Positions 42,711 through 54,817 of a stretch of 64,000 nucleotides of DNA are shown here, piece after piece. This stretch comes from Eledone cirrhosa (Eukaryota). The position numbers were made by a program, and so were the translations under genes. The notes beneath the pieces were generated by a model. That model searched no databases and had not been told where the DNA came from. It was given only the letters and a program-made list of their open reading frames with translations. Position 1 is the first letter of the stretch. Each line of letters begins with the position of its first letter. Location: positions 284,332,001 through 284,396,000 of the forward strand of contig OZ024741.1 of NCBI GenBank assembly GCA_964016885.1, written 5' to 3'.

Positions 42711-43115
42711 TATATTTACCAAAAAACCTCTCAACATAATCTTATGTAAGACACTTTATTATATTTCAAATACGAAATTAATAATGAGAAAGTTATATTA
42801 CTAAATCCCTCTACACTTGATTAAAAAAAATATTTGAAAACTATAGCCAGCATCTTTCATTAGAAATATGGTAACAAATGTGGCTAATGTTTTATGTTTT
42901 TCTAAAAACCTTCCATTATAATTTCATGTAAGAACCTTCGTTAAACTATGTTCTAAACACTGAATTAATAACGAGAAAGTTAATTATATTACTAAATCCT
43001 TCCAAATTCTTGATAATTTAAAAAATGATTTAAAAAAAATAGATAATGTCTTTTATTAGAAATATAGTCATGAAAAGGTTTTCAAAATAACTATTATGGT
43101 TTCACATTTTACTAG

Positions 43116-43354
43116 GTATAGCTAAAAGAAATTTAACAATTAAAACACGCAATTCTGGGCATGGAACTGATGATGGTGTAATTGCGAAAATATATGGTAC
43201 CCATTGCGCTTCAAACACTACTCTAGATACAATTTATGATGACTTTAAACCATTTGCTACAGACACCTTTGAAATAGCAATTCCTGATTGTGGACTATCA
43301 AAATGCATAAAACTTTTCCATTTGGGCACAAATTTGAGCTTTCATCTACATGAT
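43116..43354 (+). CDS. Host gene exon H (phase 1-0), clearest PLAT/LH2 domain
   Basis: ttttactag|...|gtaagt; 239 nt; IAKRNLTIKTRNSGHGTDDGVIAKIYGTHCASNTTLDTIYDDFKPFATDTFEIAIPDCGLSKCIKLFHLGTNLSFHLHD, fitting PLAT motifs T..GTD.V...YG, F....D.F.I, D.G, I.L.H. Confidence 0.85.
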
Positions 43355-44659
43355 GTAAGTACTTTATTATTTTTTTAATGCTGAATCACAGGCAGAAAAT
43401 GTGTGCATGTATGCGTGCATCCAGGCATAGTGTGAATATATATGTGTGTGTATGTTTGTATGTGTATGTGTGTACATGGTGTGTATGCATGTGTGTGTGT
43501 GCATGCTTGGTTGAGTGTATGTGCCTGTATATTACGGGTACACCCCATATTTGTGAGTTTTATACTTAATAATAATAATATTTTATTCGTTTGCAAGCAA
43601 ACAGCCTCATTACGCTATGTTTGTTAGATGCCCATCATCATCCTTTTGTTCTAGTGGTGGCACAGAAAAACAATTGACAACGTCATTTCTGGGTTATTGC
43701 CCTTTGTCAAGATTGTGTATCTCTTTTCTGTCATTCACAAGAACTCTTGAGAATATATAGTATTCTCTAATGTACACATCAGCTGATTAGCCTATATGAG
43801 TATATACTTAGAGAAATTAGAAGTATAGATAAAAACTGTAAACATTGGGGTGACATGTATATATTTTATATAAGACTTTGAATTGAGATACATGCATCCA
43901 GAGCACAGTATTTTAAGTATATGTTGTATAGTTATTGCTGGACTGTATAGAGCAGATCTTTAATGAGCAAACAATGGTAGTTCTATGAAATTTTTCATGA
44001 AACATTAGCATAAAACATGAAAGATCATGTAGAGATTTTGGAAGTCAGGAGTCATCAGTTTATAGGCTGTCATTGAGGTTGAGATGTGAGTTAGAATTAA
44101 ACATCTGTGTCATCCTACCCTACATATCTGGCAGTAGAGAAGGCAAGAAATGAATGTAAATCACTTGGGATAAGTTGGTGAATTAACTAGCAGTTTGGTA
44201 GATTATAGTGGTGAGTATGAATGCTTCTCATATGAAAATAACATGTAGGTAAACATTCGGACCTTTAGCCTGAAGGGAATGAAAGTGTCAAGTTTAGCAT
44301 GATGGATTCATTGCAATTTAAGTTTAGTTCTTGTTTTCATGTGGAGCTATGAGATAAATGATATAGGGTGATAGCCTAATGAGAATGTAAGTGTATTGCT
44401 TTATATAATGGATCATACAGTTATTAGGAGGAATATTTAGGTGCAGTGTTGGTGCCCCAATAAAATACATCCAGGTCACTCTGTAAATGCACCCAGTACA
44501 GTCAGCAAGACTGTAGTGCTGGTATAATACTATGATAAAATGCACAGAGTACATTCTGTAAAGTAGTTAGCATTAAGAAGAGCAGCCAACCTTAGAAACT
44601 GTGCCAAAATATTGAATGCATAAGCAAGATGAAGTCTTTCTGACTTGTCCAATCTTGGA

Positions 44660-45630
44660 TTGTGACAATTCTTCTTCTTCTTTTCCCACTTATTCTTGAG
44701 AGGGTCATGGGAAGGCAGAGTCCTCAAACACTCCTTCCAGTGGATCCTGTAAGAAGCAACTGTCTTCAACTAATCCTGTTAGATGCCCAAGAAAAACCAG
44801 CCAAGCTCATGGATGTTATCCAGTCTACTTGCTCTGGGTCTATTCCTGTCTCTCCTGCTGGTCAGTTTTACTTGTAAAATCTGTCCAGCGATTCTTCCCT
44901 GAGATATTCTAACCACATGCCCATAGTATCAGAGCTATGATATCTAAATTTGGAGAAGTAGTGGCTCTTCCTGGAGTGACTATCTGATCTCCAAGCTATG
45001 CACCCTATCAAATAACTTTACACCAAAGACCCTTTGGAGGAATCCCATTTCAGTCGCTTGTATTCTTTTGGTCCCTACCCAAGATACATGACCATAGGAG
45101 GTAAGGATTGGCATGAATACCAAATTGAAGATAATAAGTTTGGCTTTTACACCTACCTCCCTTTTTCTGATTACTGAATGCTGAAGCTGGCACATTATTG
45201 CACCAGCTCCTGCAATTCTTGCAATTAATTCAGCCTCCTACCTTCCACCACTCATGAATAGAGCCCCAAGATACTTGAACTTCACCTCCTTCAGTGGAAC
45301 TCCATTCACATGTAGAGTGCACTGTGCAGGCTTCCTTGAGAGGACAAGTGTCTCAGTTTTCACAGCACTGATTTTCATTTCAGCCATACAGCACTCGATA
45401 TCAAGTTGAAGATCACCTTCTGTCGAGTTAAGTAACACCATGTTATCTGCAAATTCCAGCCAACTGATTTTACACCTGCTAGTCATAATATTACTTCCAA
45501 CCTGGCTGCGCATGTCATTCCTGTTCATGAAAATAATGAACAGGAGAGCTGACAATATGCACCCTTGGTGAAACCTGACTCCCACATTGAATGGTTTCAA
45601 TTCAGTACCATTTATCCAAACACAAATTCG
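44660..45630 (-). mobile_element. RTE-type LINE 3' part
   Basis: VGVRFHQGCILSALLF, FADNMVL, FKYLG, QATEMGFLQRV. Confidence 0.85.
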
Positions 45631-45659
45631 TCCAACCTATATCAGTATGAAAAGTGGAT

Positions 45660-46380
45660 TTGATTATTATTGTTATTGTGTTATTTCATTTAGCTCAGTT
45701 CTGTTTCTCTATTGCCAGGTTGAGGCCTTGAACCTAGGGCAATAAAGGTTCATTGTAGAGAGAGAACTCGTCTGAGAATGTGTGCTGTTTCTAGAAGCCC
45801 AATCTTCTGTAGCTCATATTTGCTGATCTTGCAAGGAAGGATGCTAAGATGCAGGTCTGATGATTTGGGTATTAATCCTAATGCCCTATTACCACAGGGA
45901 TAGGGTTTGTGGTCATCCTACATATGCAGTTAATCTCTATTTCCAGGTCTTTGTATTCTTGTCAGCTGGTACGGAAATATCTATAAGGCTACATGTCTGA
46001 TCTGTTTTGTTTTTTATGATGATACCTGGTTTGTTGGCAGTGATTTCTCGGTCGGTTATCACAGGTATATCCCACAAGATGGAAATGTTGCCCTTTTCAT
46101 GACTGTTTTTGGTTGATGTTCATACCATTTGTCAGAAGTTTGGATGTCATGAGAGTGGCAGAGCATCCAGTGTACATATTTGGCAATGCAGTTGTGTTTT
46201 TCTATATAGTCAGTTTTTGCCAGCTTTAGACATCCGGAGATAACATTATCTACCGTTTCTTCATATTTGTAGCATATTCTGCATAGAGGACTGGTCCCAT
46301 CTTTCACTATTCTGTGACTATAGGCCTGAGTGTTTAGAGATTGGTCTTGTGCAGCAGCTAAGAGTTCCTCAGTCTCTGCT
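45660..46380 (-). mobile_element. R4/Dong-like LINE 3' end (CCHC + RLE)
   Basis: AETEELLAAAQDQSL, CRICYKYEETVDNVISGC, NKPGIII. Confidence 0.85.
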
Positions 46381-46405
46381 TTATTATTATTATTATTATT
46401 ATTAT

Positions 46406-48780
46406 TGTGCATCATTACTGCTTTACCGAGCACAGCTCTGTGCGCCTTGGGTATGAGCAGTGTAGTTTTTGCTGATGTTGTTTCTATTGTATTGATAGTA
46501 TTTTTCGTAATATGTGTGCAGTGCCTAGTAGTGTTATTTTTTGTATGCTGTATATATTTGTAAGTCCTGGGGTTTTGGCTATGTATTTGTTTGTGTGTTT
46601 CTTTATCATTCCTAGAGCACCTAGTATTATAGATATTGTTTCTGTTTTCATTTTCCAAGTTCAAGGTATTTCTATCTCTAGATTATTATATTTGGAGAGT
46701 TTCCCTATTTCCTTGGAAGATATATTGTTGTCTGAAGGGATAGATACATCTATTAGAAGGCATTTCTTTTTTTTGTGATCTTTCACTATAATATCTGGTT
46801 GGTTGGTCTTGATCTCTCTGTCTGTATGTATTGGAATATCCCAGAGAATGGCTGCTTAGTCATTCTCTGACGCTTTTTATGGTGTGTGTTTGTACCATCT
46901 TTTTTCTGTTGGTATTTCATAATGCTGGCATAATTTCGAGTGTATAAAAGTCCCAACTCTATCATGCCTGTTGACATATTCTTTTTTGGCTAGAGCTGGG
47001 CATCTAGAGACTATGTGGTTGATTGTTTCTTTCCTATCGCCACATATTCTACAGTTACTTATTGTGCTTTGTTTCATTATGTACTTCTGGTAGTTTCTGG
47101 TGGGTAGACTCTGGTCCTGAGTTGCAATTAGAAATCCTTCTGTCTCAGCTTTTAGTCCAGTGCTTCGGAGCCAATTTTGTGTGTTTTCTTTGTCTATTTT
47201 CTTTTTACTTAGCTTTTTTTGGTATTTATCGTCATTGTAAGGATTTCTCTTGTCATTGTTTTAACATGGCATTCTGGATGTCAGTTTTCAATTTAAATTT
47301 TGTCTTTCACAATTTCTAATGTTGTTTTCTCTTTGCTTACATTTTCCTCATAATTAACAGTTAGTCCAGTTTCTGATTTGAATTTTTTGGCTTCCTTGAA
47401 GACGGAGAACAGTTTTTTGTTTTGTTCGTGTTTCATGGCTATTTGTAGCTTTCCTTTGTTTTTTATTAGGTATTTTTGTAGTCCTACAGTGATTATGTTA
47501 TAAGAGTTTTCTAGTTGCATAAGGCCCCTTTTTCCTTGTGTTCTTGGTAGGTATAATCTTTCTAGTCTGATTTTGGATGGTGTATTCTAAATGCAATCAT
47601 TACTTTTCTTGCTTTTCTATCTATTCCAGCTAGTTCTTTTAGTGTCAAGTTCAAAATGTTAAAGCTGTGGCTCATTACTGGGACTGCTAAAGTGTTGATG
47701 CCAATCACCTTATTCTTTGCATTGAGTTCAGTTTTGAGTATTAACCTAATTCTTCTGTAGCATTCTTTTGAAATCTTTTCTTACATCTGTGTGTGCTGAA
47801 TCTTATCTAGTTCGTTGATTCCTAAGTATTTGTATGTCTGAGTTTGATCTAGTTCCCTTATTTCTGTTTCTTTGTTTAACATGATAGTTTATTATAAATT
47901 TTTATCTTTGGGAGATTTACTCTTTGGTTCATTGTGGAATTGCCTATTGTTTGGAGTACTTGAAGTATTTGCTTCTTTATCCGAATTTCGTCATTAGGGG
48001 TTATTTTCTCTATCTTTTTCTTCATATATCTTTTTATTTGTATTTTTGGTTGTGTTGTCTGAAATCGGTTTTTGTTGGTTAGAACTCTGTGTATATCGTT
48101 TATCGGTTTTTACGTCACGTTTTAAATGCTCTGTATGTTAATGCTCGTTAATTATTATGTTATAATTATTTGCGTCTTCGTTACGAATTTGTTCTTTTAG
48201 TTGTTCGATTTCAGTGCCTGATATTTCTTTTTTGTTTTTAATATGTATCTCCTTAAATTTGCTAGTTTATTGAGGTCAAGTATTAATCCAGAGTGTGGGT
48301 TGTTTTTCGGCCAGATTTTGTGTGCGTGTTGTTGTTTTTCGTTTTTAGGGAATAATATTGCCGTAAGGTACACGTGTATGATTGAAGTATATTCCTCAGT
48401 TGTCCATTTGTGTCTTTTTGATTTTATTAGTGGTGCTTGAGGATTAGAGCCCGGCCCATTATTTAGATCCTTAATATTTTTATTGGGTATCGGCTTTTGT
48501 GTTTGTACGCTTTTGTGCGCATTTGTTATTGTACAATTTTTTCCTTAAGTTCAAAGAACGAACATCTGTATAATTGTTTTGTGTACATTTTTCGTTGTGT
48601 TTATAATACAGGCATTTGTAATACAGTCAGTAAAGTTTGTTACTTATGTGTATCGATATCCTGTTTGTATTGTTGCGGCTAATTTTCAAAATTTACAGGA
48701 GAATAACGTTGCAAATTTTATTCATAGTTGCACAAACAACGTTACAAATCGTTTGCAATTCCTTCAGAATGAAAATATAA
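46406..48780 (-). mobile_element. Second R4/Dong-like LINE, internally deleted, ending in (TAA)n
   Basis: CRICGDRKETINHIVSRC..RHDRV, KTNQPDII; (TTA)n at 46381-46405; N-terminal region at ~47890-48450. Confidence 0.8.
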
Positions 48781-48799
48781 ACAGAGCATATAAATAAAT

Positions 48800-51700
48800 T
48801 TACAGTAGAATAACATAACAAATATGTTTTAAATATATACATAAATAACATTACAAATGCCTCGGTGACACTACAAAGGATGATACAATGAAAGATATAT
48901 TCCTTCAATGCTACAATATTAAAGAAAATGTAAAGGAAGGGGTGAACAACGGAGCTAACACCAGAGCAAAAAGACAGCAACGTCGCGAATACTGGGCAAC
49001 CTCTCTAATGATTTTTGAGGCAAGCCAGCACACTCGCAGCGTTGTCTCGAGTGATGGTGAAGCTGATGCGCTGAAACATCAAAGCACCCTCGCGAGATTC
49101 GCCAGTCACCTCTATTAGGCGAGCCGCCAGTGAGGAAAGGAACCTCGCAGTCAGCGGCCCGACTCCCCCAAACGTCTCGAAAGCCACAGGCTGAAAAATG
49201 TAGCTGGCCGACAGATCAGAGTATTTGAGGGTCTTACTCCGCTCAGCTGCAGAAGCTGTGGCTCTCGTCCTAACCGCAGCATCCAGGATGTGGGAAAGAG
49301 CAAAAGAGTCACTAACAGTGACGTCCCAGACAAGGCACCTGCCTCTCGACCAGGGGCACAGGGTAAGACCGTCAGGTCTTTTGCCGTCACTTCTGGACAA
49401 CCCAGATGGTTCCAAGACTGAGAGGATATTCGACCGGGCCAAAGCTCTCTTCAGAATGAGGTTTAGCCTCGTGTGACGCGCGAAGCGGCCGGCATTCAGG
49501 CGGTAAGAAAGACCATGGAGGCCTGTAGAATCGAGGAGTTTGCCGCAACTGCACCACAAACCCATGCAGACGTCAGCTCCCACTCTGAGAGCGATGGAGA
49601 CACGAAGTTCGCCCAGGCTAAGTAGGCCACCAACGTTGGCCACGGGTAGGGCATCGACCCAGTCGCTTGAGTATTTGGCGCTGGCAGATAATAAGCGGCA
49701 CCTTGCAAACTGATCTGACTGGACAAAGAGGAGTCGAAGGTGGCCTTCGAACTTATGCTGTCCCAAGTTCTCTGACTTCGACTGTCCTCCACCTTCTCAG
49801 GAAAAGACAAGCCCAACTCACTCCATTGCTGGAGAGCTTCACCCAACTCCCTGTTGGAACTAGTCCATGTTGGAAAGGAGAGGATTCTGCTCACCAGGGT
49901 GGAGCAAGCGTGGGTGAAGGAAAGGAAGCAAGGGAGAGAGACGGACGAACACTTACGAAGACCAAGACGCCCAAATCGCTTGGGCAACGCAGCCTGATGG
50001 CGGGACTCCGGAGAGAGTCTCACATTGACCAGGCACTCGAGTCTCCCGAAGATTAGGTCGTCGAAGCGTTGGAGTCAGGACGGAAATTTGTGAGAGGGGC
50101 TGACCCTGAGCAGATACAGAAGCTTAGGAATAGACAGGTAGTTCCTGAGTATGAAGAAACCTTGATGAGGTTCGATAACTTCGATATTCCTCAGCAGCTG
50201 CTCAAGGCCAACCATCTTCGATTGAAAGGTTGACTCGAAGGCCAGGTCTGTGCTTGGGGCTCTTAAGAAGCACCAAGCCGACGGGGAAGGGAAGGACTCT
50301 GCGAACAGGTTGATCAGCTGTTGATGTTAAGAAGCCGGGTGGTTGAGGATCCAGAGCTCACATTTGGAGCTATTGATCTGGAGACCCCGGCGGCCAAGCT
50401 CCTCCACCATTCTGTTGGCAGTGGCGAGAACCATATCCGGAGTTCTCCCCAAACAGGCATCGTTGAGGTACCAGACATTGAGGTCAACTCAACCCCCATC
50501 TTGGTGACGTCATCAATGGCCAGTGCAAACAGTGCGGGCCCGAGTGGGTCACCATGTTAGACTCCTGAGGCAGAGGTGATGATCTGGTCACCGAAGGAGA
50601 GTTAGGAGGGCTCCCGATAAGCCTGCCAAGCAAAGTGGTAGAGTTATGGGACCCTCTCTCTTACTGAGCCGAGGACGATGTCGCGGCTGACGGAGTTGAA
50701 GGCATTCCTGAGGTCAAGTTTGAGGATGACTTTGGGGATGAGGAGGGCAAGTTGGTAAATGCTCTGGCAGCATGGACAGCAGCCTCACATCTCAACCTGG
50801 TACCCACCTCCAGCTGGATGGGGGAAAATTCCTCCTCCAGTGAGTCGGAGACCAACAGCAAACACGCCTTTGCAGTGAGGCGGCGAAGAGTGCAGCCAAC
50901 TGCAATGGGGCGCAGGTCCCCGTTGGGCTTGGTGAGACCAAATAGCTTCGCACCGAAGAACAGTGGACGGATGAACGGGAGAACGTTCACTGAAGAGAAC
51001 TGATTCACAAACTGAGTCAGACTCTCCAAGAGCTCGAGTCCAGCGCCACCGGCTGATAAGGAGATACCATCCTTGAGGTGTTGAGGACGAAAGCCGTCTA
51101 TTCCCACGCCTGACCCAGCGGGGAAGGATGAATCGCCTTTAGATGATATCGGTGGTGTAAGCCGGTCTCAAGTATTCTGGTGGTTCGGGCCAGTGTAGCT
51201 GATCATCTGGGGGTGCTGATGCGTGTTTTTCTTTCAGTCGCTCAAGAGAATCAGAGTTGCACGGAGCAAGGGAGGACAGAGAAGAGAGGAGACGGACAGC
51301 CCCTTTAATGTCAAATTCGCTGAATTTGGCATTGACCGCTCGCTTGAGGTCTACCGGTTGTCTGTTGGTGGACACCGAGCTCGATGTCGAACTGAGATGA
51401 AACGTGGTTGGGGTGGACTCAAACAGCTGGAACTGCCGCTTGAGAGAGGACGCGAGGGAACCTGAATTCGCATTGTGCACGTGAAGAGAGATGAGGGGAA
51501 ACAAAAACAATTTCTGCCAGTCAGACCTATTGTTGGACGAGCAAACGTTTTTCAGTAAATTAGAGAGGGCACGTGCAAAGCTATTCCGAGCTCCCTTAGC
51601 TTTGATTTGGAGAAGCCCTGGAGGGCTGTGGCAAAGTCGTCGGTAGAGAGTTGGTCATCAAAGCATGGGGCATCCCCACGGAATACGTCAGAGTTGAAGT

Positions 51701-52480
51701 GGAACCGATTGCAGGTCCAGTGTTGAAGCCTTTCGGCTTGAGCTTTGGTGATGCCGACACAGCTTCTGTGGTAGCTTGCGTGGCATAGGTGACATTTAAT
51801 TGTCTTTAAGTACCAGCTAGTGCGGGCACAGAGAGCGCAATCAGGTGGTGGGCTGGCAGCCGCCGGCAGTAGAGGGCCAGCGCTGGAATTCGGTGGAGGG
51901 AGTGAGTCAGTAAAGGAGACAGCAGTGGTTCTAACGGTGGGACTAGAGCGGAGGTTGAGGTGGTGAGCTAACAGTTGTAGGGGTGGTGTGGTTGACCGGG
52001 TTGGATTCGTTCGGAATCTGCCGCGAATAGGAGGAGGGGGTAGGTCGGGGCAAGTTAGCTCCTCTCGTGCGTGCCGCAGTTGGTGGAGAATGAGAGGTCG
52101 AAGGCTGACCGTTTGGCACATAGTCGTTCCACCAAGCAGGTCTCTTGGTTGTTCGACGCATAGAGTGGTCTAGGTTAAAGTGGTGGCAATTTTAGCAATC
52201 GGCAATCGCCGGTGATAGTTCGGTCGAAACATCGGGCCACCGACGGGTTGAACGAATACCTAGGTGGGCTGTGCGCGAGGACGAAGTAAGGGGTGAGCAA
52301 GGGGAGGGATAGAAAGTGCAGAAGGGGTGAGAAGATTATGAGTGCGTGGAGAGGAGTGTGGTCATGTCAGAGGCAGGTAAATACAGTGGGAGAGAAAGAG
52401 CACTGAACATGCAAAGAGAAGGAAAATACATAAATAACAATAATAATTATAAATTGCTCGCAATTCGTTCAGAAGGACAA
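48800..52480 (-). mobile_element. Near full-length, decayed CRE-like non-LTR retrotransposon (PHD finger, RT, RLE)
   Basis: GIDGFRPQHL, KPNGDLRPIAVGCTLRRL, CEAAVHAAR, GDPLGPALF, LPKRFGRLGLR, RSDGKRPDGLTL, WDVTV, FETFGG; N-terminal CxxC..CxxC..HxxC..WxC. Confidence 0.88.
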
Positions 52481-52629
52481 ATATAATCTCTAAACCGTGT
52501 ATAATAATACAATAATATAAATTCATTGAACAAAAATGACAAAGGAAAGAAAAGAGAAAGAAAAAGGGGTGGGGGAATTCATCACTAAGTGCGATAATCG
52601 GCCGCACCTTAGGGATTAACTGCACACTT

Positions 52630-53050
52630 TCAGGCAAGCAAACACGCTCGCAGCATTACCACGGGTGATGGCAAGGCTAAGGCGCTGAAATAACCAGGCA
52701 CCCACACTGGTATCACCAGACACCCCAGTAAGGTGAGCCGCCATTGATGACAAGAACTTCGCTGTCAGCGGCCTAACCCCTCCGAACGTCTAGAACGCCA
52801 CAGGCTGGAAAAAATAATTATTAGATAAGTCTTGGTATTTCCGAATTTTATTCCGTTCGGCAGCGGAAGCAGTGACCCCAACATTCACGATGATATGGGA
52901 GGGAGCAAAAGACTCACCGACTGTGACGTCCCAGATGAGACACCTACCTCTCACCCAGGGACAAAGATAAGAACGTCTGGTCTCTTCCCATCACTTCTGG
53001 ATAAACATGCCGGTTCCAGAATTGTGGAGATATTTACCCATGCCGGGCTC
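52630..53050 (-). mobile_element. Additional CRE-like RLE 3' fragment
   Basis: Minus strand RSDGKRPDVL..WERGRCLIWDVTV..FFQPVAF*TFGG. Confidence 0.75.
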
Positions 53051-53158
53051 GTGGTCGCAATTTTAATAAAGAAAATTATGTTATAAGGACGATTCGTGTA
53101 TAGAATATATTTTTGGCTGACATTGTTGGTTCTCGCCCATTATGTTTCCTCTTCGTTT

Positions 53159-53347
53159 AAGGGCGGTGAATTGGCAGTATCGGTAGAGGGTCGGACGCCA
53201 TGCTTTGACGCATAGAGTTACGGCCCTTGCCATTCTGAGTTCAAATCCTGCCGAGGTTAACTTTGCCTTTCATCCTTACGGGGTCGATAAAATAAAGTAC
53301 CAGTAATCTACTGAGTAATTGCTGGCCTTGTGCCAAAAGTAGAAACA
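53159..53347 (+). mobile_element. Full-length tRNA-derived SINE with 20-bp TSD
   Basis: A-box-like tggcagtatcgg, B-box gagttcaaatcc; TSD attatgtttcctcttcgttt at 53139-53158 and 53348-53367. Confidence 0.93.
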
Positions 53348-54817
53348 ATTATGTTTCCTCTTCGTTTTCTTAGTATATTTATTATTGTTTTGTCGATAGT
53401 GACCGATTTATTTCAAATCTTGTGGGGAGCTTCGTTATAGGCATCCAAGATGTTATTCACCCCGGGCCTATTCTCTTCTTCTTTTCATTTTTCAGTGGTG
53501 GTGGTGGGTGGGTATTATTGTAACTGTTTGAATCTCTGTGGCTGTGTTTTTTTGTTGTTGTTGCCTTCTTTTTTCAAAGTCAGTAACATCGGTCTATAAA
53601 TAGATTGATGACAACTTACTTAAGTCGCTAGTGTTGTTGTTGCTGCTGCTGTTTTTGATTTCAGTTAAGTTAAATTCCAAAGCCATAACAACGGGGCGGG
53701 GTAAGGGTGTTACGTTTGTTTTCATTAAACCTGTTGTCTTGCTGCTTGCCAGTTTGGCATCAAATTCCCACTTTCTTGTCCAAAAGATTTTGAATTTCTT
53801 TGACTAGCCATGTTGGATCGATTTGGGATTTTAGGTGAGAACGGATTTTGGAACGGCCTGTAGCAAGCTACTTTCCTTTGGCGCATTTGATGCCCTTTCC
53901 GTACGTTATTTGGCTAAGTCAAGCCAATCGCCATTAACGTAAGGATATGTATCTCAACTTCCACCCAAATGGAGAAATTCCTGTTTCTTTTTAATAAACT
54001 AATTCTCTTGCAGCTTGACCTCGCTAAGGTAAAACAACCTCTTGCTTTTGTTCCGCAAACACAAACAATATGTAAAGACAAAACATCACCACGGGCCTGG
54101 CTAACGCCTCAGCCAGTTGACCGTACCTTCTAAAACCTTAACTTTGTTCCTTTCTTTTGGCATGCCAGCCCATCTAACACAGCTCTTCTCACCTTCTTTG
54201 TTAATAAATCATATAAAAACGTTGTAAAGTCTTGTGATGCTATTTACCACAACCATTGCCTTTAAATGAGATATGGAAATATTCTTTCCAGAGTTATATT
54301 CACAGCAGAGCAACAGATTATGAGACTTACAGCAGAACCTCAATTCAACTTACATTTATTGATATTACGAACCATACCTTTCCAATTACAAACAAACAAA
54401 TACATTATTGTTACATGTTCTGGTTATATATTACACGCTGCTAAAAGTTATACTGTACTATTAAGATGGTGAATGTTACATGCTGCTATACAGATAACAT
54501 GATACATCATCCACTTATGTTATAAACTGCTTCACTGGTGACTTCTATTGAAACACAATACAGAAATACAAATATTATCATTCTCACATATATCTTATTA
54601 AATACTATCTTCAGGCCCCTGAGAGTCTGTTCTGTGAAAATTATGTTTTTTTCTTTTGGCATTTGCCTGGTTCCTGATGGAAGCCAATGCTACTATTTTG
54701 AACTGGTCACGATTGGTGTAAATATGCAAAATTGACAAAAGTTGATGCCCCCCTCCGGTGGAGAAGCGTGTGTATCGTTTCACCGTCACTTTTATTATTA
54801 TTATTATTATTATTATT

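Noticed and set aside
53161-53255. tRNA gene
   Set aside because: A/B boxes belong to the SINE head; no canonical cloverleaf, and it is followed by SINE body and a TSD.
53835-54470. Two AG/GT-bounded open segments in unique-looking intronic DNA
   Set aside because: Phase-2 ends do not fit the 0/1 module pattern; exon H joins exon I directly with a PLAT-like continuation.
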